From assembly GCA_002898395.1 (NCBI GenBank), contig BEHE01000007.1, positions 9,048 through 73,047 on the forward strand: a stretch of 64,000 nucleotides of DNA, written 5' to 3'. The notes under the pieces are model-generated. The model saw only the letters and a list, made by a program, of their open reading frames with translations. It was not told the origin of the DNA and did no database searches. Positions 60,601 to 64,000 of this stretch are shown one piece after another. The stretch comes from Candidatus Calditenuaceae archaeon HR02 (GTDB taxonomy: Archaea > Thermoproteota > Nitrososphaeria_A > Caldarchaeales > Calditenuaceae). Position 1 is the first letter of the stretch. Every line of letters begins with the position of its first letter. A program made the translations under genes and the position numbers.

Positions 60601-61446
60601 TATCTTAAACCTCCTTACAATCAGGACTCTAAGCTCGCCAGGAAGATCGCCAGCAGGCTCCAATACATAAGTGTCGGAGACGTTGTAGATGAGATTAGGA
60701 TAGAGGCGCGAACCGGCAACATAATACTCATGCTCGACGAGGAAGCCTTGAGGGAGCTGTCCGTGACGAGGGAGGAGTTGAGCCAGGCCTTGAAGCCTTA
60801 CAGGCCCAAGTTCATCGAGTCTAAACGGGCTGTCTCCCTAACTGTTAAGGAGGTTGAACATGATTCTCTAGAGCTTTTGAAGACCAGGATACTTAACACG
60901 AGGCTGAGGGGTGTGAAGAGGATAACAAAGGCTGTGGTCAGGAAGAAGAGTGGTGAATACCTCATACAGACAGAGGGCTCAAACCTCAAGGAGGTCATGT
61001 CCTTGCCTGAAGTTGATTTCAGGAGGGTTAGGACGAATGACATTCACGAGGTGGCCTCTGTCCTCGGGGTTGAGGCTGCGAGGCAGCTCATAGTTGAGGA
61101 GGCTCAACAGCTCTTGAGGGAGCAGGGGCTCGACGTAGACGTCAGACACCTGCTATTACTGGCAGACGCCATGACCCTGGATGGAAGGGTTAGGCAGGTT
61201 GGGAGGCATGGTGTCGTGAGGCTGAAGTCGAGCGTCCTTGCGAGGGCTGCCTTCGAGATTAGCTTCCAGACACTGGTTGAGGCTGCGGCCTCTGGCGAGG
61301 TCGACCACCTGCAGGGAAACATTGAGAGGATATTAATAGGCAGGGAGGTTCCTGTCGGTACTGGCAGGGTGGACCTCCTAATGAGATATAGCGACCTCCT
61401 GCCGAACCAGAATAGCAGCTCCGGCTCAGATGCAGGTGAGAAGTAA
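57598..61446 (+). CDS. rpoA: DNA-directed RNA polymerase subunit A, with the A' and A'' portions fused in one ORF
   Basis: N-terminal Zn-binding clamp ([17 protein letters not shown]) and catalytic [10 protein letters not shown]. The bridge-helix region is [23 protein letters not shown]. The A''-type trigger loop [21 protein letters not shown] follows in the same frame with no stop. The listed GTG start overlaps rpoB by 46 nt; the true start is uncertain. Confidence 0.85.
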   Translation: [1282 protein letters not shown]

Positions 61447-61742
61447 TGGACGTGAGGAAGGAGCTTGGGGTTATCAGGCTTACCGGGAAATACCTCATCG
61501 GGTTTCGGCAGAGCTATATAAGCGTAGTGAGGAGGTCAGCCAAGGCTGTGGTCCTAGCCAGTAACTGCCCGGATGACATGAGGCAGAAGCTGGAGCTTGC
61601 AGCTAAGATCTCTGAAACGCCTATAATTTACTCGGACCTGACAGCCAGGGAGATAGGCCAGGCGCTAGGTAAACCGTTCAGCGCATCAACCGTTGCGATA
61701 ATCGACCCCGGCAACTCGTCACTATTGGGCGAGGCTAGTTGA
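61446..61742 (+). CDS. rpl30e: Ribosomal protein L30e
   Basis: 98 aa. The VVLASNCPDD and GKPF motifs match L30e. Its position after rpoA is canonical. Confidence 0.8.
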   Translation: MDVRKELGVIRLTGKYLIGFRQSYISVVRRSAKAVVLASNCPDDMRQKLELAAKISETPIIYSDLTAREIGQALGKPFSASTVAIIDPGNSSLLGEAS

Positions 61743-62173
61743 CGGACGAGGAGATCAAGCTAACAGAGCGTGAGATGAGGCTTGTATCGCTTTTCCAGAG
61801 CTACACTGGGGCGACAGTGCTGGACTGCCTAGCCGACGATGATCAGATTGTCTTCTTGGTTAGGGAGGGCGAGTTCGGCCGCGCCATCGGTAAGAAAGGA
61901 GTAAAAATACAGGAGTTGTCAAACCTATTGAAGAAGAGGCTGAAGGTCGTGGAATACTGTGGCGACGCCGCCTCCTTCCTATCAAACGCGGTGAAACCCG
62001 CAAAGGCACGGGAGGTCAAGATAGTTCCCGGCAAGGACGGGCAGCTTACAGCCATCATCAGGGTTGACCCAGAGGATAAGGCGATGGTGATTGGGAGGGG
62101 CGGCCGGAACGTGGGGATAGTGCGGCGAATGGCCAAGAGACACTTCAAGATCGAGCGCGTCGTGATAGAATAG
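61739..62173 (+). CDS. nusA: Archaeal NusA homolog (two KH domains)
   Basis: 144 aa with the KH GxxG motifs GKKGV and GRGGRN. Its position after rpl30e is canonical. Confidence 0.8.
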   Translation: MTDEEIKLTEREMRLVSLFQSYTGATVLDCLADDDQIVFLVREGEFGRAIGKKGVKIQELSNLLKKRLKVVEYCGDAASFLSNAVKPAKAREVKIVPGKDGQLTAIIRVDPEDKAMVIGRGGRNVGIVRRMAKRHFKIERVVIE

Positions 62174-62469
62174 CTCCGCCGCCACCTTACTCCCCACTCT
62201 TCCTCGGTTCTCGAACCCTCATTCGGCGGTCTCTAAGCCTTGGACCGAAATTATTGATTCTTTTCAGCAATCCGTAGGGAGGAGTTATTATGATCAGGCG
62301 CCTTTGAGACCTCCTCTAGACGGTGTGGATGAGCTTAAGCGTGAACGTGGGCTTATACTGCATCCTGGATGGAATATGAGAGGCTTATGTGGTATATGCA
62401 GACCTTTAATCACGGTCAGGTAAGAGTAGGTTGAGGCGATATGACTCAATGCTTTTATAGAGGAGTGCG

Positions 62470-63555
62470 GTGATAGCAACTATTTTTCGCCGAGGGGTCT
62501 TAAGCTATTTCTATACCGGGGTCTCCGTCTTAGTCGTGAGCCCTGTAGCAAAGAGGGGTGAGGCTCGCGAGGACGGTGAGGAGGTGGACATCTACAGCCT
62601 AGCAGATCTGAGGGGCGTGGGTGAGGCTACTAAAGAGAAGCTAGCCTCCATAGGCATATACAGCCTGCTGGACCTGGCAGCGGCCTCCCCCCGCGAGCTG
62701 GTTGAGGCTGGTATTGATGCGAAGAAGGCCGAGGAGCTCTGTCTCCAGGCCAGGCTCCTGCTGGTCAGCAGCGGGTTCCTAGACTCGGAGCTTATGACTG
62801 GGAAGGAGGTCTTGGAGAGGAGGAAGAGTCTTGAGAGGGTAACTACTGGTTGCCTGTCTCTTGACAACTTGCTGTTGGGCGGGGTGGAGACTCAGGCTGT
62901 GACTGAGCTGGTAGGCGAGTATGGGTGTGGGAAGACGCAGATATGCCACACCCTCTGCGTCACTGTCCAGCTCCCGAGGGAGAAGGGCGGCCTCTCCGCG
63001 GGGGCAATATACATCGACACCGAGTCGACTTTTAGGCCTGAGCGGATCTACGAGATAGCCAAGGCCCGGGGCCTAAACCCTGACAAGGTCTTGGAGAATG
63101 TCGTGGTGTCGGAGGTATATAACTCGAGCCACCTCCAGCTCGTTGTTAAAGAGCTTGGGAGGCACTTGGAGAAGTATAAGGCTAGGCTCGTTGTCGTAGA
63201 CTCGATCATCTCACACTTCAGGGCAGACTATGTGGGTAGAGAGAATCTCTCTGAGAGGCAGCAGAAGCTTAACGCGACGCTCCACCGGCTGCTCAGGCTG
63301 GCCGAGATAAGGAATGTGGCGGTAGTGGTTACTAACCAGGTCATCGGAGACCCCGGCGCCTTTTATGGGAACCCCACGAAGCCCAGCGGAGGGCACGTCC
63401 TAGCCCACAGCACGACGTATAGAGTGTTCCTGAGGAGGGGGCCGGATGACACGAGAGTAGCCAAGATAATGGACAGCCCCTACCACCCGTCTGACCTAGA
63501 GGCGCGATTTAGAATCTCGGCGAAGGGCATAGAGGACGCGGAGCCTAGGCGGTAG
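62470..63555 (+). CDS. radA: DNA repair and recombination protein RadA (Rad51/RecA homolog)
   Basis: HhH N-terminal domain, Walker A GEYGCGKTQ, Walker B LVVVDS. The sequence is collinear with archaeal RadA throughout. The likely true start is the in-frame GTG near 62584. Confidence 0.85.
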   Translation: MIATIFRRGVLSYFYTGVSVLVVSPVAKRGEAREDGEEVDIYSLADLRGVGEATKEKLASIGIYSLLDLAAASPRELVEAGIDAKKAEELCLQARLLLVSSGFLDSELMTGKEVLERRKSLERVTTGCLSLDNLLLGGVETQAVTELVGEYGCGKTQICHTLCVTVQLPREKGGLSAGAIYIDTESTFRPERIYEIAKARGLNPDKVLENVVVSEVYNSSHLQLVVKELGRHLEKYKARLVVVDSIISHFRADYVGRENLSERQQKLNATLHRLLRLAEIRNVAVVVTNQVIGDPGAFYGNPTKPSGGHVLAHSTTYRVFLRRGPDDTRVAKIMDSPYHPSDLEARFRISAKGIEDAEPRR

Positions 63556-63603
63556 TGAGTGGCTGGCGAGGTGGTCTCCCCTCGGATGCGCTGGTGAGTG
63601 TTG

Positions 63604-64000
63604 ATGAAGCGGGCTTCCGAGCTGATGCTTCTCCGCCGCCCAGTATCCACCGGTCTGGAGCGGCTTGACGCGCTGATAGGTGGGCTCTGGCCTGGAGCCC
63701 TGCACATCCTCTACGGTGACCAGGAGGTCACAGACCTCGTGCTCTACAGGCTGATGGTTGAGGCCTCGAAGCATGGGCGGGTGGCTTATCTGAACAACAC
63801 CGACTACTATGGCGAGAAGACCCTCGTCGACGCGACAACCCTCTCGACGGTCTCGAAGATGGCTGGTGTGGAGCCTCTCAAGGCCCTATCAGCAATACGT
63901 TGCGCCGCGGCCTTCAACGCTAGGAGGCAGGTCTTCGCGGCTGAGAAGCTCGTGGAGGACATCGTGGAGAGGGGGAGGGTGTCGCTAATAGTCGTGCACA
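63604..64000 (+). CDS. RecA-superfamily RadA paralog with a degenerate P-loop (3' end lies outside the window)
   Basis: LERLDALIGGLWPGALHILYGDQEVTDLVL has a RadA/RadB-like N-terminal layout but no GKT/S. A Walker-B-like LIVVH follows. The frame is open to the end of the window. Confidence 0.45.
   Translation, partial: MKRASELMLLRRPVSTGLERLDALIGGLWPGALHILYGDQEVTDLVLYRLMVEASKHGRVAYLNNTDYYGEKTLVDATTLSTVSKMAGVEPLKALSAIRCAAAFNARRQVFAAEKLVEDIVERGRVSLIVVH

Overview
This window reads as an archaeal chromosomal segment of about 55% GC with a crenarchaeote/TACK-like gene repertoire. The rpoH-rpoB-rpoA-rpl30e-nusA order, RadA/RadB, AglB, the stomatin-NfeD pair and a LAGLIDADG-bearing rRNA intron all point that way. 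Most of it is dense housekeeping coding sequence on both strands. Recognisable genes include: a SufC tail, a phosphoribosyltransferase, a heme-copper oxidase locus (CuA subunit II plus a divergent subunit I), a secernin-like C69 peptidase, FolP, XdhC, a B12-binding radical SAM protein, RadB, AglB, and a rhodanese followed by a GcvH-like::TusA-like fusion. There are four MFS transporters, a LeuA-like synthase with LeuC/LeuD, MEMO1, a tandem ThyX-like protein, two TenA paralogs, an SSB, IleRS, Rio2, GGPP synthase, a fused PyrF-PyrE, a beta-CASP nuclease, Bcp, IscA, and RadA followed by a RadA paralog. A 23S rRNA gene sits on the minus strand (about 20.9-25.5 kb) with its own TATA box and a flanking processing stem, and no linked 16S or 5S. 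It is interrupted by two introns, one with an intact double-motif LAGLIDADG homing endonuclease and one with only degenerate ORF remnants. rpoA' and rpoA'' form one uninterrupted 1282-codon ORF. The patch at about 32.0-34.2 kb looks accessory and degraded: an orphan 280-aa protein, a MITE-like element with terminal inverted repeats and 9-bp flanking direct repeats, a frameshifted and truncated cysS 5' fragment, and an 18-bp perfect tandem duplication. A GC-rich block of about 310 nt (8647-8953) with a closing terminal stem sits in a 520-bp intergenic gap and is a candidate structured RNA of unknown identity. I found no CRISPR array and no convincing tRNA. All calls rest on reading the sequence and translated ORFs by eye; no database searches were run.
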